From Ignavibacteriota bacterium (GTDB taxonomy: Bacteria > Bacteroidota > Ignavibacteria > UBA10030 > UBA6906), in NCBI GenBank assembly GCA_016707525.1, contig JADJHP010000003.1, forward strand, positions 76,677 through 140,676: DNA of 64,000 nt, read 5' to 3'. A model generated the notes under the pieces. The model worked only from the letters and a program-made list of their open reading frames with translations. It did no database searches and was not told the origin of the DNA. Shown piece after piece: positions 1-8,982 of the stretch; within the stretch, counting starts at the first letter, position 1, and each line of letters opens with the position of its first letter. Both the position numbers and the translations under genes were made by a program.

Positions 1-164
1 AGTCCGGCTTTGCTGAGCCGCTGGAGAACCTTCGCGAGGAGGTCGTAAGGAATGCCGTAGCGGTCGGAGATCTCCTTCGCGGTCACAAGGTCACCCCCCG
101 ACCGCGCAGCGATATCGCGGATGGCGATGAGCCCATATTCTACTCGTTTTGAGAGTCTGACCAT
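1..164 (-). CDS. Rrf2 family transcriptional regulator, N-terminal part only; the gene continues beyond the window start
   Basis: Reverse-strand translation gives MVRLSKRVEYGLIAIRDIAARSGGDLVTAKEISDRYGIPYDLLAKVLQRLSKAGL, a typical Rrf2/IscR-like winged-helix N-terminus. The ATG is at 164-162. Confidence 0.6.
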   Translation of the reverse strand, partial: MVRLSKRVEYGLIAIRDIAARSGGDLVTAKEISDRYGIPYDLLAKVLQRLSKAG

Positions 165-337
165 GTTCGATATACGACCAATACAGTCCGAGTTACCTGC
201 CGAAAAAATGCGCCTTCAGGCGCTGTACCATAATAACAGCGGAACGGGCATATTCGTTCCGAAACCATCAAAAGATAATGGTTTTCATCGTATTTTTCAA
301 TACCCCATCGACGGGGCGGTGGCCCGGGGGGCCCCCA

Positions 338-357
338 GGGCGGTGCATGCACCGCCC
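338..357. repeat. Perfect 20-nt palindrome GGGCGGTGCATGCACCGCCC immediately 3' of the dienelactone hydrolase stop; it belongs to the REP-like family also seen at 1166-1380
   Basis: Read directly from the sequence; the motif is its own reverse complement. Confidence 0.8.
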
Positions 358-367
358 CCAATCCTGC

Positions 368-1144
368 CTATTTGAAGGTCTCGGTAAAGAGCGCCTTCAT
401 ACGATCGAACGAACGGGCATCGGCAGAAGCATTGTAAGCGGCTCCTTTGGAAGGATCGTCGCCGGCACCCTTTTGACTGAACGCGTGAACCGCCCCCCCG
501 TATGCTGTGAATTCCCAATCCACATGGGCGTCACGCATTTCCTTCTGAAACGCCTCCACCGCCGGGCCCGGAACGTACGGATCGTCGGCACCGTGCAAAA
601 CCAGAACCCTCCCCTTGATCTGTTTCGCATCGTCGGGGTTCGGGGTATCGAGGTTCCCGTGGAAGCTGATCACGCCACGCACCTGAGCGCCGCTGCGGGC
701 AAGTTCAAGGACAGTGCCGCCGCCAAAGCAGTACCCGATCGCCGCAACCCTCTGCGCATCCACTCTCTTGTTCGCTGTGAGCTGATCAAGTGCCGCCTGT
801 GCCCGGGCACGCAAGAGCGGACGATCGCCCCGGTAGATGCCTGCCTGCTTTGAAGCCTCCTGCACATTCACCGGCCGGACGCCCTGCCCATAGATGTCGG
901 CCACGAACGCGACATAGCCCATCTCCGCAACCTGCCGCGCACGCATCTGCACGTACTCGCCGACACCCATCCAGTCGTGCACCAAAACCACACCGGGGCG
1001 CGGCCCCTTCAGCGCAGGGTCATAGGCAATGAACCCCTCAAGGACGGTATCGCCGTGTTTGTAGGTCACCTTCTCCATTTTCACTTCACTGAAGGAAGGC
1101 ACGGCAATGAGGACTGCGAGCAGGGCGAGAATGAAGCTCTTCAT
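368..1144 (-). CDS. Dienelactone hydrolase family protein, secreted (signal peptide)
   Basis: ORF 368..1252 trimmed to the internal start MKSFILALLAVLIAVPSFSE (a signal peptide), confirmed by reverse complement at 1144. Downstream motifs YDPALKGPRPGVVLVHDWMG and IGYCFGG place it in the DLH alpha/beta hydrolase fold. Confidence 0.75.
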   Translation of the reverse strand: MKSFILALLAVLIAVPSFSEVKMEKVTYKHGDTVLEGFIAYDPALKGPRPGVVLVHDWMGVGEYVQMRARQVAEMGYVAFVADIYGQGVRPVNVQEASKQAGIYRGDRPLLRARAQAALDQLTANKRVDAQRVAAIGYCFGGGTVLELARSGAQVRGVISFHGNLDTPNPDDAKQIKGRVLVLHGADDPYVPGPAVEAFQKEMRDAHVDWEFTAYGGAVHAFSQKGAGDDPSKGAAYNASADARSFDRMKALFTETFK

Positions 1145-1165
1145 AGGAACTCCCGGTTGGTGTGT

Positions 1166-1380
1166 GGGGCACGATGCATGCACCGCCATTAGAACCGCGT
1201 GGGACGGACAGAGGTTCCCGCGAGACCTAAACGCGCGGGGGCGATCCCACAAGCAGGACCGCCCCTACAAGATCTGGCCACGGCATCATCGGATACCTGT
1301 GTACGGGCGGTGCATGCACCGCCCTACAAACCTCGATCGGCGTACCGGGATCCGCAGCCCCTGAGGGCGGTGCACCGCCC
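1166..1380. repeat. Cluster of REP-like palindromic repeats between the dienelactone hydrolase start and the hemL 3' end: copies of GGGCGGTGCA(TGCA)CCGCCC followed by CTACAA, embedded in ~50-nt partially duplicated units
   Basis: Copies at about 1166-1187 (partial), 1306-1325 (perfect 20-mer), 1364-1379 (variant lacking the central TGCA) and a further CCGCCCCTACAA at 1259-1270. Each copy is followed by similar flanks (cctcgatcggcgtaccgggatccg / ccacgatcggcgtgacccgggatccgg). Confidence 0.6.
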
Positions 1381-2748
1381 CTACACAACCCCTCCACGAT
1401 CGGCGTGACCCGGGATCCGGGAACCTGCCCCCCAGATCCCCACGACAGAACCTCTTTCGCCGCGTCCGACCGTTCCGACGTCCTCACCGCTGCGGTCGAT
1501 GTCCGCGTCCGAATGCGCGATGGACATGAACCCGGCCTCGAACTGCGACGGCGCAAGGTTGATCCCCCGCTCAAGCATCCCGCGGAAGAACGCGCCGAAC
1601 TTCGCACGGTCTGCGACCGCGGCCGTGGTGTAGTCCGTCACCGGCCCCTTCGTAAAGAATGTGGTGAACATCGCGCCGACACGGTTCTGTACGAGCGGAT
1701 ATCTCCCATCGTCAAGGACCTTCTGCATGCCGCTGGCGAGGCGTGCGGACTTCGCCTCGAGCCGCGTATAGAATGCCGCATCTTCCTGGATGATCGAGAG
1801 CGTCTCGAACCCTGCAGCCATCGCCAGCGGGTTGCCTGACAACGTGCCGGCCTGATACATGGGTCCGGCCGGAGCCACCATCGACATGATATCCTTTCGC
1901 CCGCCGTACGCACCCACCGGCAATCCTCCGCCGATGATCTTGCCGAGCGTCGTCAGGTCGGGTGTGATCGCATACAGCTCTTGAGCCCCGCCGCGGGCGA
2001 CACGGAAGCCCGTCATCACTTCATCGAAAATGAGCAGGATCCCTTCCTTCGTGCAGATCGTCCTGAGGCCCTCGAGGAACCCTGGCTGCGGGGGGACGCA
2101 TCCCATGTTCCCCACGACGGGCTCGACGATGATGGCCGCTACCGCGCCGCGGTTCGCATCCACCAGTGCCTGCACGGACGGCAGACTATTATATGCTGCC
2201 GTGAGGGTGCCATTGGCAACGCCCGCCGGCACACCGGGGCTGTCCGGCACCCCCAGCGTCATTGCGCCGGAGCCTGCCTTGATCAGGAACGCATCGCCGT
2301 GGCCATGATAACACCCTTCGAACTTGATGATCTTCTCCCGACCGGTGAACGCGCGGGCAAGCCGGATCGCGCTCATTGTCGCTTCCGTGCCGGAATTCAC
2401 CATGCGCACCATCTCGATCGACGGTACGATGCTGATGATGAGTTCCGCCATGCGGATCTCCAGCTCGGTGGGTGCGCCGTAGCTGGTCCCCTCCAGGGCG
2501 GCCTTCCGCACCGCATCGATCACGCGGGGGTGGGCATGGCCGAGGATCATGGGCCCCCAGGAGCCGACATAGTCGATGTACTCGTTCCCATCCACATCGG
2601 TGATGCGTGAACCGGCAGCCTTCGCAATGAAGAGCGGGTTGCGGCCCACCGATGCGAATGCGCGCACGGGGGAATTGACGCCACCGGGGATCACCATCTT
2701 CGCCCGGCCGAACAGCGCGTCGGAGGTCTTCGTGGTCATGGAGGTCAT
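1381..2748 (-). CDS. hemL: Glutamate-1-semialdehyde 2,1-aminomutase; the 3' end is uncertain (C-terminal extension of about 35 aa running into the REP-like repeats)
   Basis: N-terminus [31 protein letters not shown] and PLP-aminotransferase class III motifs throughout. The family normally ends shortly after the AHSDADID motif, but this ORF continues about 40 aa further. Confidence 0.85.
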   Translation of the reverse strand: MTSMTTKTSDALFGRAKMVIPGGVNSPVRAFASVGRNPLFIAKAAGSRITDVDGNEYIDYVGSWGPMILGHAHPRVIDAVRKAALEGTSYGAPTELEIRMAELIISIVPSIEMVRMVNSGTEATMSAIRLARAFTGREKIIKFEGCYHGHGDAFLIKAGSGAMTLGVPDSPGVPAGVANGTLTAAYNSLPSVQALVDANRGAVAAIIVEPVVGNMGCVPPQPGFLEGLRTICTKEGILLIFDEVMTGFRVARGGAQELYAITPDLTTLGKIIGGGLPVGAYGGRKDIMSMVAPAGPMYQAGTLSGNPLAMAAGFETLSIIQEDAAFYTRLEAKSARLASGMQKVLDDGRYPLVQNRVGAMFTTFFTKGPVTDYTTAAVADRAKFGAFFRGMLERGINLAPSQFEAGFMSIAHSDADIDRSGEDVGTVGRGERGSVVGIWGAGSRIPGHADRGGVV

Positions 2749-3737
2749 CTCTTTTTCAGGATCGTCGCTGCTTCTTTTGCAAAGTACGTCAGGATCATGT
2801 CGGCACCCGCGCGCTTGATGCTCGTGAGTACCTCCATCATCACCCGTTCGCCATCCACCCAGCCCTTCGCGGCCGCGGCCTTGATGAGCGAATACTCACC
2901 GCTGACGTTGTATGCCGCAGTGGGCATATGGAATTCATCCTTCACGCGGCGGATGATGTCGAGATAGGACAGCGCGGGCTTCACCATGACGATATCCGCA
3001 CCCTCGCGGATATCCTGCGCCACCTCCCGCAGAGCTTCGTCGGCATTGGCGGGGTCCATCTGATGCGACCGCCGGTCGCCGAACTGTGGCGTGCTCTCTG
3101 CCGCTTCGCGGAACGGGCCGTAGAAGCCCGAGGCATACTTTGCCGCATACGACATGATCGGAAGGTTCGTATACCCGTTGGCATCCAGGACGCGGCGGAT
3201 GGCACCGACCCGGCCATCGAACATGTCCGACGGCGCGACCATATCGGCCCCTGCCTGCGCATGGGTGAGCGCTTCCTTCGTCAGGAGCTCCACCGAGGCG
3301 TCGTTCACGATCTCATCGCCCTTCACGATGCCGCAGTGGCCATGCGATGTGTACTCGCACATGCACACATCCGTGATGAGGTACAGTTCCGGGACCTCCT
3401 TCTTGACAGCGCGGAGGGCAGTCTGCACGATCCCGTGTTCGTCATACGCACCGCTCCCGACCTCGTCTTTCTTCGGCGGGATGCCGAAGAAGATGACGGC
3501 AGGGATACCCAGGGCGTGCACATCGACACATTCGCGCACGATCTCATCCACGGACATCTGATAGACGCCGGGCATGGACGAGATCTCCTTCTTCACTTTC
3601 GTCCCGGGCACCGCGAAGAGCGGATAGATGAAGTCGTTCACCGACAATTCCGTTTCGCGCACCATGGCGCGGAGCACGGGACTCATGCGGGTGCGACGCA
3701 ACCGGCTGACCGGGTAGTTGCCCTCATATATCGACAT
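2745..3737 (-). CDS. hemB: Porphobilinogen synthase (delta-aminolevulinate dehydratase)
   Basis: [43 protein letters not shown] matches the start of the ALAD family. GGAG lies 7 nt upstream of the ATG at 3737. The longer start at 3776 (MSWELQ...) is possible. Confidence 0.88.
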   Translation of the reverse strand: MSIYEGNYPVSRLRRTRMSPVLRAMVRETELSVNDFIYPLFAVPGTKVKKEISSMPGVYQMSVDEIVRECVDVHALGIPAVIFFGIPPKKDEVGSGAYDEHGIVQTALRAVKKEVPELYLITDVCMCEYTSHGHCGIVKGDEIVNDASVELLTKEALTHAQAGADMVAPSDMFDGRVGAIRRVLDANGYTNLPIMSYAAKYASGFYGPFREAAESTPQFGDRRSHQMDPANADEALREVAQDIREGADIVMVKPALSYLDIIRRVKDEFHMPTAAYNVSGEYSLIKAAAAKGWVDGERVMMEVLTSIKRAGADMILTYFAKEAATILKKR

Positions 3738-3790
3738 GATCGGTCTCCATAAACTCGTTTGAAGTTCCCATGACAATGCAATGCAGATAT

Positions 3791-3814
3791 CAGATATCTG
3801 AATTCAGATATCTG
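3791..3814. repeat. Perfect 24-nt AT-rich palindrome CAGATATCTGAATTCAGATATCTG between the hemY stop and the hemB start; a partial extra copy (GCAGATAT) sits just upstream
   Basis: Read directly from the sequence. GC content is far below the local average, and the palindrome lies 3 nt after the hemY stop codon (3817-3819). Confidence 0.8.
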
Positions 3815-3816
3815 AA

Positions 3817-5199
3817 TCAGCTTCTCACGATCCTCTCGGCAACATCCCGCCCGTTCCGCACACAATCCCCTACCGCAATGCCGCCACGGTAGTTCGCGCA
3901 CACCACGAGTCCGGGGTGCGAGGCTTCCAGCGCGTCCACCATCGTCATGATCTTCCCGTGACCCAGATTGTACTGGGGGATCGCACGGTCCCACCGGATG
4001 ACCCGGGCATACGCCGGCTCGCCCTGCACTGCCATGATCGAGGCCAGTTCCGAGCGCACCATCGCGAGGATCTCCGCATCCGTCTGCGCGAGGAGTTCGG
4101 GCTGGCGCGACCCTCCCACAAAGGTCGTCAGTGCACAATGCCCCTCCGGCGCCCGGCCGGGGAACAGAGCCGAGGACCAGATCGTCCCGAGGATATTCCG
4201 CTTCTCGACCGCGGGGATGAGGTACCCGAACCCATCCAGCGGGCGCCCGCACTGGCCGGTGCGGTATCCGAGATACACTTCCGCCACGGGGGGATAATAG
4301 ATCCCCCGGAGTGCACGCGCGAGGTCCGCTGCATGCGGCTGGAGCAATCCTGCTGCCGTGTACGACGGCACCGCGAGCACGACATCCGAGGCCTCCAGGC
4401 GCGAGGCCCTTCCACCCAAGGTATAGTCGATCGAAAAGCCCTGCCCCTTCCCCTGCGCAGACGGCTGCACGCCGATCGCGGTGACGGTGCAGTTGCATTG
4501 CACCGCCATGCCGAGACGATCCGCAATGGCTTCCGGGAACTGCTGCATGCCCCGCACGAACGAGAACATCCGTGCGCGGTCTTTCGCGACCTCTGCGCGC
4601 TTCTTGCGCTCGCGCGCACCGCCGATCATGCCACGGATCAACCCGCCATACTTCTCTTCCAGTGCGTAGAGCTTCGGGAAGGCGCTCCGGACGCTCAACT
4701 CTTCGGGGTTACCGGCATACACCCCGGCTACGAAGGGATTGATCGCATAGTCCAGGAATTCCCGGCCCAGGCGGCGTTCCACGAACTCGGCGATGGTCTC
4801 CTCACGGGCAGCGCGACCCACAAACGGTTCTTTCAGGAGCCGCAGTTTCCCGGGAACGGTCCACAGGCGCGACCTCAGAAAAGCCGGCGGGGACATGGGC
4901 AGAGCATGCAGCTGCCCGTTGCGGAGGATGTATCGGTTGTTGGATGCATCGTCCGCATACAGCCGGTCGCGCGTGAGTCCGAGGATCCCGAACATCTCGC
5001 CGAAGACCGGAGTGGTCTCCAGCGCGCTATTCGGCCCGGTCTCGACCATCCAGCCGCCGTCCTGCATCGTACGCATGGTCCCGCCCGCAACGCTCTCGCG
5101 TTCCAGGACGGTGACAGGCACACCGTTCTCTTTCAGCCAGAAGGCTGCGGTGAGTCCGGAGATCCCCCCGCCGATGACGACAACATGTTTCGTGCTCAT
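3817..5199 (-). CDS. hemY: Protoporphyrinogen / coproporphyrinogen III oxidase (HemY family, FAD-dependent)
   Basis: MSTKHVVVIGGGISGLTAAFWL is an FAD-binding Rossmann N-terminus typical of HemY/PPOX. The gene overlaps hemH by 4 nt (translational coupling). Confidence 0.85.
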   Translation of the reverse strand: MSTKHVVVIGGGISGLTAAFWLKENGVPVTVLERESVAGGTMRTMQDGGWMVETGPNSALETTPVFGEMFGILGLTRDRLYADDASNNRYILRNGQLHALPMSPPAFLRSRLWTVPGKLRLLKEPFVGRAAREETIAEFVERRLGREFLDYAINPFVAGVYAGNPEELSVRSAFPKLYALEEKYGGLIRGMIGGARERKKRAEVAKDRARMFSFVRGMQQFPEAIADRLGMAVQCNCTVTAIGVQPSAQGKGQGFSIDYTLGGRASRLEASDVVLAVPSYTAAGLLQPHAADLARALRGIYYPPVAEVYLGYRTGQCGRPLDGFGYLIPAVEKRNILGTIWSSALFPGRAPEGHCALTTFVGGSRQPELLAQTDAEILAMVRSELASIMAVQGEPAYARVIRWDRAIPQYNLGHGKIMTMVDALEASHPGLVVCANYRGGIAVGDCVRNGRDVAERIVRS

Positions 5200-6161
5200 G
5201 TGAGTTGCGCCTGTGCCAGTTCGGCCAGCGCACCGATGAATGATGGATTGGTATTGAGTGCCGGCATCATGTCATAGTATTGGATCCCGCGCGACCGCGC
5301 ATGACGCCGCACTTCGATGTTGATCTCCCACAGCGTTTCGCTGTGGTCGGACACGAACGCCACCGGTACAACGATCACGTGCGTGGCGCCTTCGTCCGCC
5401 AGCCGGTCCAACGTCTGCAGCAGCGAGGGCTCCAGCCATTTCTGCGGGCCCACCTTGCTCTGATAGCAGAGGTGATGGGGGATGCCGAACTTCCCTTCCC
5501 GGACCACCGCTTCATAGGTCCGCACCACCTGTCCCTGATACGGATCCCCCTCCCGTACAAGTTTCATCGGTGTGCCGTGTGCGCTGAACACGATGTGGAC
5601 ATTCTTCCGGTCCGCCTCCGGGACGCGCCGGAGAGCGATCCCGATATTGTTCACCAGCGCCCGGATCAGGAGCGGATGTTCGCAGTACTCCTCGACCACC
5701 GAGACCTCTGGCGCATATCCCACGCGGGCGCAGATCCGGTTCCACTCGTTGACGGCAGAGCCCGTCGTGCTCTTCGAAAAGTGGGGGTAGAGCGGCAGGA
5801 GCACCACGCGTTCGATCCCATCCTTCATGAGGCGTGCAATGGCTTCATCGGTCATAGGATGCCAGTACCGCATCGCGACATACACCGGCATCCCGGTACG
5901 GGCAGCAAGCGCATTGGCCTGACGCTGGGTCAGCCGGAGGATCGGCGATCGTCCGCCGATGTTCCGGTAGTACTCCTGCACTTTCGGGGCACGCTTGCCA
6001 GAGATCAATCGTGCGAGAGGCTTTCGGAACAGGAACGCGAGGGGCAGATCGATGATGTCCGGATCGCAAAAGAGGTTATACAGGAACGGCTCGACGGCCC
6101 CGAGGGCATCGGGTCCGCCGAGCTGAAGGAGAACGATGGCGGTGCGGGTGGACGGGGTCAT
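5196..6161 (-). CDS. hemH: Ferrochelatase
   Basis: Starts TAIVLLQLGGPDALGAVEPFLYNLF and matches the ferrochelatase family across its full length. Confidence 0.9.
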   Translation of the reverse strand: MTPSTRTAIVLLQLGGPDALGAVEPFLYNLFCDPDIIDLPLAFLFRKPLARLISGKRAPKVQEYYRNIGGRSPILRLTQRQANALAARTGMPVYVAMRYWHPMTDEAIARLMKDGIERVVLLPLYPHFSKSTTGSAVNEWNRICARVGYAPEVSVVEEYCEHPLLIRALVNNIGIALRRVPEADRKNVHIVFSAHGTPMKLVREGDPYQGQVVRTYEAVVREGKFGIPHHLCYQSKVGPQKWLEPSLLQTLDRLADEGATHVIVVPVAFVSDHSETLWEINIEVRRHARSRGIQYYDMMPALNTNPSFIGALAELAQAQLT

Positions 6162-6164
6162 GCT

Positions 6165-7220
6165 TCAACCCCGCCGGTGGAAGGCCGGGCTCAATTCCTG
6201 GACGGCGCGCACCATCGCGCGGGCGTGGTCCGGAGGAACATCCGGCAGGATGCCATGGCCCAGGTTGAAGATGTGTCCGGGCCCATCGCCGTACTTCTTG
6301 AGGATCGATCCGACCTCGTGGCGTATCCGTTCGGGCGCGGCGTACAGGTACGCCGGGTCCAGGTTCCCCTGCAGCGCGACACGGTCACCGACGAGCTCAC
6401 GCGCCTCACCGATATCGACCGTCCAATCGACGCCGACGACATCAGCCCCGATGGTCGAAAGTTCCTTCAGCGTCCCATGGATCCCCTTCGAGAAGACGAT
6501 CACCGGAACGCCGCCGCGGTGCATCCGGGCAACGATGTCTGCGATCCATTCGAGCGAGAACTTCCTGAAATGGTCAGGAGCGAGGATGCCGCCCCATGTA
6601 TCGAAGATCTGTACCGCGTCGACCCCTGCCGCGATCTGTGCTTCGAGGTAGTTGCGCACGGAGACCGAGAGCTTCTCCAGCAACGCCATGAGTGTCGCGG
6701 GCTCATCCAGCATCATCTTCTTGATCACGCTGAAGTTCTTCGTCCCGCCACCTTCGACCATATATGCAGCCAGTGTCCAGGGTGCCCCCGAGAACCCGAT
6801 CAGCGGCACGCGCCCCTGGAGTTGCCGCTTGACGAGCGACGCCGCATCGGTGACGTACCGGAGGTCCCTGTCGGGATCGACCACCGGCAACGCATCCACC
6901 TGGCCGGCCGAACGGATGGGCATCGGGAAGCGTGGGCCGCGGGCCTCTTCCATGACCAGGTGCATGCCCATCGCTTCCGGGATCACGAGGATATCGGAAA
7001 AGAGGATCGCGGCATCGACACCGATGAGGTCCACGGGCTGGATGGTCACTTCGGCCGCCAGTTCCGGTGTCCGCACCATCGTGAGGAAATCCGACTTCGC
7101 TCGCACGGCACGGTACTGGGGCAGGTAGCGCCCGGCCTGGCGCATCATCCAGACCGGCGTTCGTTCAACATGCTGGCGCCTGCATGCGCGGAGGAAAAGA
7201 TCGTTCTGTAGAGTAGCCAT
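6165..7220 (-). CDS. hemE: Uroporphyrinogen decarboxylase
   Basis: Carries the URO-D signature TPVWMMRQAGRYLPQYR in MATLQNDLFLRACRRQHVERTPVWMMRQAGRYLPQYRAV. Confidence 0.9.
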   Translation of the reverse strand: MATLQNDLFLRACRRQHVERTPVWMMRQAGRYLPQYRAVRAKSDFLTMVRTPELAAEVTIQPVDLIGVDAAILFSDILVIPEAMGMHLVMEEARGPRFPMPIRSAGQVDALPVVDPDRDLRYVTDAASLVKRQLQGRVPLIGFSGAPWTLAAYMVEGGGTKNFSVIKKMMLDEPATLMALLEKLSVSVRNYLEAQIAAGVDAVQIFDTWGGILAPDHFRKFSLEWIADIVARMHRGGVPVIVFSKGIHGTLKELSTIGADVVGVDWTVDIGEARELVGDRVALQGNLDPAYLYAAPERIRHEVGSILKKYGDGPGHIFNLGHGILPDVPPDHARAMVRAVQELSPAFHRRG

Positions 7221-7253
7221 ATGTTCCCGTTATTCACAAGGGCACAGCGTTTT

Positions 7254-8051
7254 TTACCTGCCGGCGGCGGTGGCAACGTATGCCACGAGCGCCTCGACCA
7301 GTCCCTCATCGCTCGGCGTCGCGGCGATACCGTGCACAGGCACACCGCAACGGGCCGCCGCCGCACCGGTGGTCGACCCTATCACCGCCACCACACAGCC
7401 GTGCAGGAAGTGTTCGAGCTCCCCGGCGGCAAAGATCCCGCAACATTCCTCCACGGCAGAAGGACTCGCGAAGAGGAGCGCCTTGGGGGTCGCCGGGCGG
7501 AGAACCTCGCGCAAGGCCGACGCAGTGGCCGCATCGGGACCCGCCGTACGATACACGACGACGGGTACGATCTCCGCTCCTGCCGCTGCGAGGGCATCGG
7601 CGATCTCTTCCCGTCCGCGGTCGCCCCGCGGAAGCAGGAAGCGTTTCCCGCGGATATCCATGGATCCGAGCAATGCTCCGAGTGCGGCACCGGTGGCGGC
7701 GGCGGGGACCGCACGGGCGGTGATCCCGTAGTCGTTCAGAGCATCGGCGGTCTTCGGGCCGACGGCAAACGCCCCGACATTCCGCCACGCGTTGGCGGGT
7801 ATGCCCAGCGCCTTCGCTCTCCGAAAAAATGCATGGACGGCATTCGTGCTGGCGAACACCATACCGTGATACCCGGTCCGATGCAGCAGTGCTTCATCAC
7901 ACGCCACGAAGCTCCCGGGCGGAAGGATACGGATCATCGGCAGAAGCACAGGGATCCCGCCGGCACTGCTGACCGCTTCCGCGGTCCGTGCGCCCTGGCC
8001 TTCCGGGCGCGTGATGATGACCCTCAGGCCATCAAGGGTTGTTCGCTTCAT
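7254..8051 (-). CDS. hemD: Uroporphyrinogen-III synthase
   Basis: ORF 7254..8267 trimmed to the internal start MKRTTLDGLRVIITRPEGQG (ATG confirmed at 8051). HemD-like fold. Overlaps the hemC 3' end by 20 nt. Confidence 0.75.
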   Translation of the reverse strand: MKRTTLDGLRVIITRPEGQGARTAEAVSSAGGIPVLLPMIRILPPGSFVACDEALLHRTGYHGMVFASTNAVHAFFRRAKALGIPANAWRNVGAFAVGPKTADALNDYGITARAVPAAATGAALGALLGSMDIRGKRFLLPRGDRGREEIADALAAAGAEIVPVVVYRTAGPDAATASALREVLRPATPKALLFASPSAVEECCGIFAAGELEHFLHGCVVAVIGSTTGAAAARCGVPVHGIAATPSDEGLVEALVAYVATAAGR

Positions 8052-8982
8052 GCCGGATCGCTTCCAGGATAGCGCGGGCACCGAGGGCCAGCAGATCATC
8101 CGCGAGCGAGCGCCCGAGGGCATCCGCTTCTGACGGTGCTGCGTGTTGAGACCCCCGCACCACCTGTTTCCCGTCGAGCGAGCCGACCATCGCGTCCATG
8201 ATGAGCTCGCCCTTTTCGATCCGGGCATAGGTGCCGATGGGGACCTGGCAGCCACCTTCGAGTGCACGGAGCAACGCCCGCTCCGCGGTCGTCGCCTGGC
8301 TGGTCACTTCATGATGCAGACATTTCACTACTTTCCGGATCTTCCGGTCTTTGGACCGGACCTCGATCCCGAGCGCCCCCTGCCCTACGGCAGGCAGCAT
8401 CACGTGCGGATCGAGCGTCTCCCCGATCCGGTCCGCCCACCCCAACCGCACCACACCAGCGCGGGCGAGGATCATGCCGCCCCAGGTGGAGCCGGTGAGT
8501 TTTTGATACCGTGTATTCAGATTGCCACGGAGATCGATGACCGAGAGGTCCGGGCGCCGATGCAGGAGCTGTGATGTGCGGCGCAGGCTGCCCGTCGCGA
8601 TCACGGCACCGGCCGGCTGGCCCGTCAGCGTCCGTTCTTTGGCATTCGGGCGCGGAAGGAACACGTCGCGCACATCCTCGCGCTCGGTGACCGCGGCGAG
8701 CACCAGCCCATCGGGCAGGTGTGTGGGCAGGTCCTTCAGGCTGTGCACCGCGAGATCGATGGCACCATCGAGGAGGGCACGTTCGATCTCCCGCGTGAAG
8801 AGGCCCTTGTCGCCGATGCGCGACAGGGGTGCGTCCAGGATCCGGTCGCCGGTCGTCTTGATGATGACGATCTCGACGCTGGTGGACGGGAATGTCTGCG
8901 TGAGGCGGTCGCGTACCCAGTGGGCTTGCCAGAGCGCCAGGGCGCTCCCGCGGCTGCCGATGCGGATGATGTCAGTCGCCAT
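8032..8982 (-). CDS. hemC: Hydroxymethylbilane synthase (porphobilinogen deaminase)
   Basis: Starts MATDIIRIGSRGSALALWQAHWV, the PBGD family N-terminus. Confidence 0.9.
   Translation of the reverse strand: MATDIIRIGSRGSALALWQAHWVRDRLTQTFPSTSVEIVIIKTTGDRILDAPLSRIGDKGLFTREIERALLDGAIDLAVHSLKDLPTHLPDGLVLAAVTEREDVRDVFLPRPNAKERTLTGQPAGAVIATGSLRRTSQLLHRRPDLSVIDLRGNLNTRYQKLTGSTWGGMILARAGVVRLGWADRIGETLDPHVMLPAVGQGALGIEVRSKDRKIRKVVKCLHHEVTSQATTAERALLRALEGGCQVPIGTYARIEKGELIMDAMVGSLDGKQVVRGSQHAAPSEADALGRSLADDLLALGARAILEAIRHEANNP

Noticed and set aside
5280-7211. Long + strand ORFs (643 aa at 5280..7211; 687 aa at 9050..11113; 941 aa at 19866..22691; 453 aa at 3916..5277; 504 aa at 35596..37110; 639 aa at 49873..51792; 500 aa at 25004..26506 and many shorter ones) antisense to well-supported genes
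   Set aside because: They have high-GC codon-free compositional bias (Arg/Pro/His/Asp-rich, no domain signatures), and each lies fully antisense to a gene with strong family evidence. These are the stop-codon-poor shadow ORFs expected at 65% GC.
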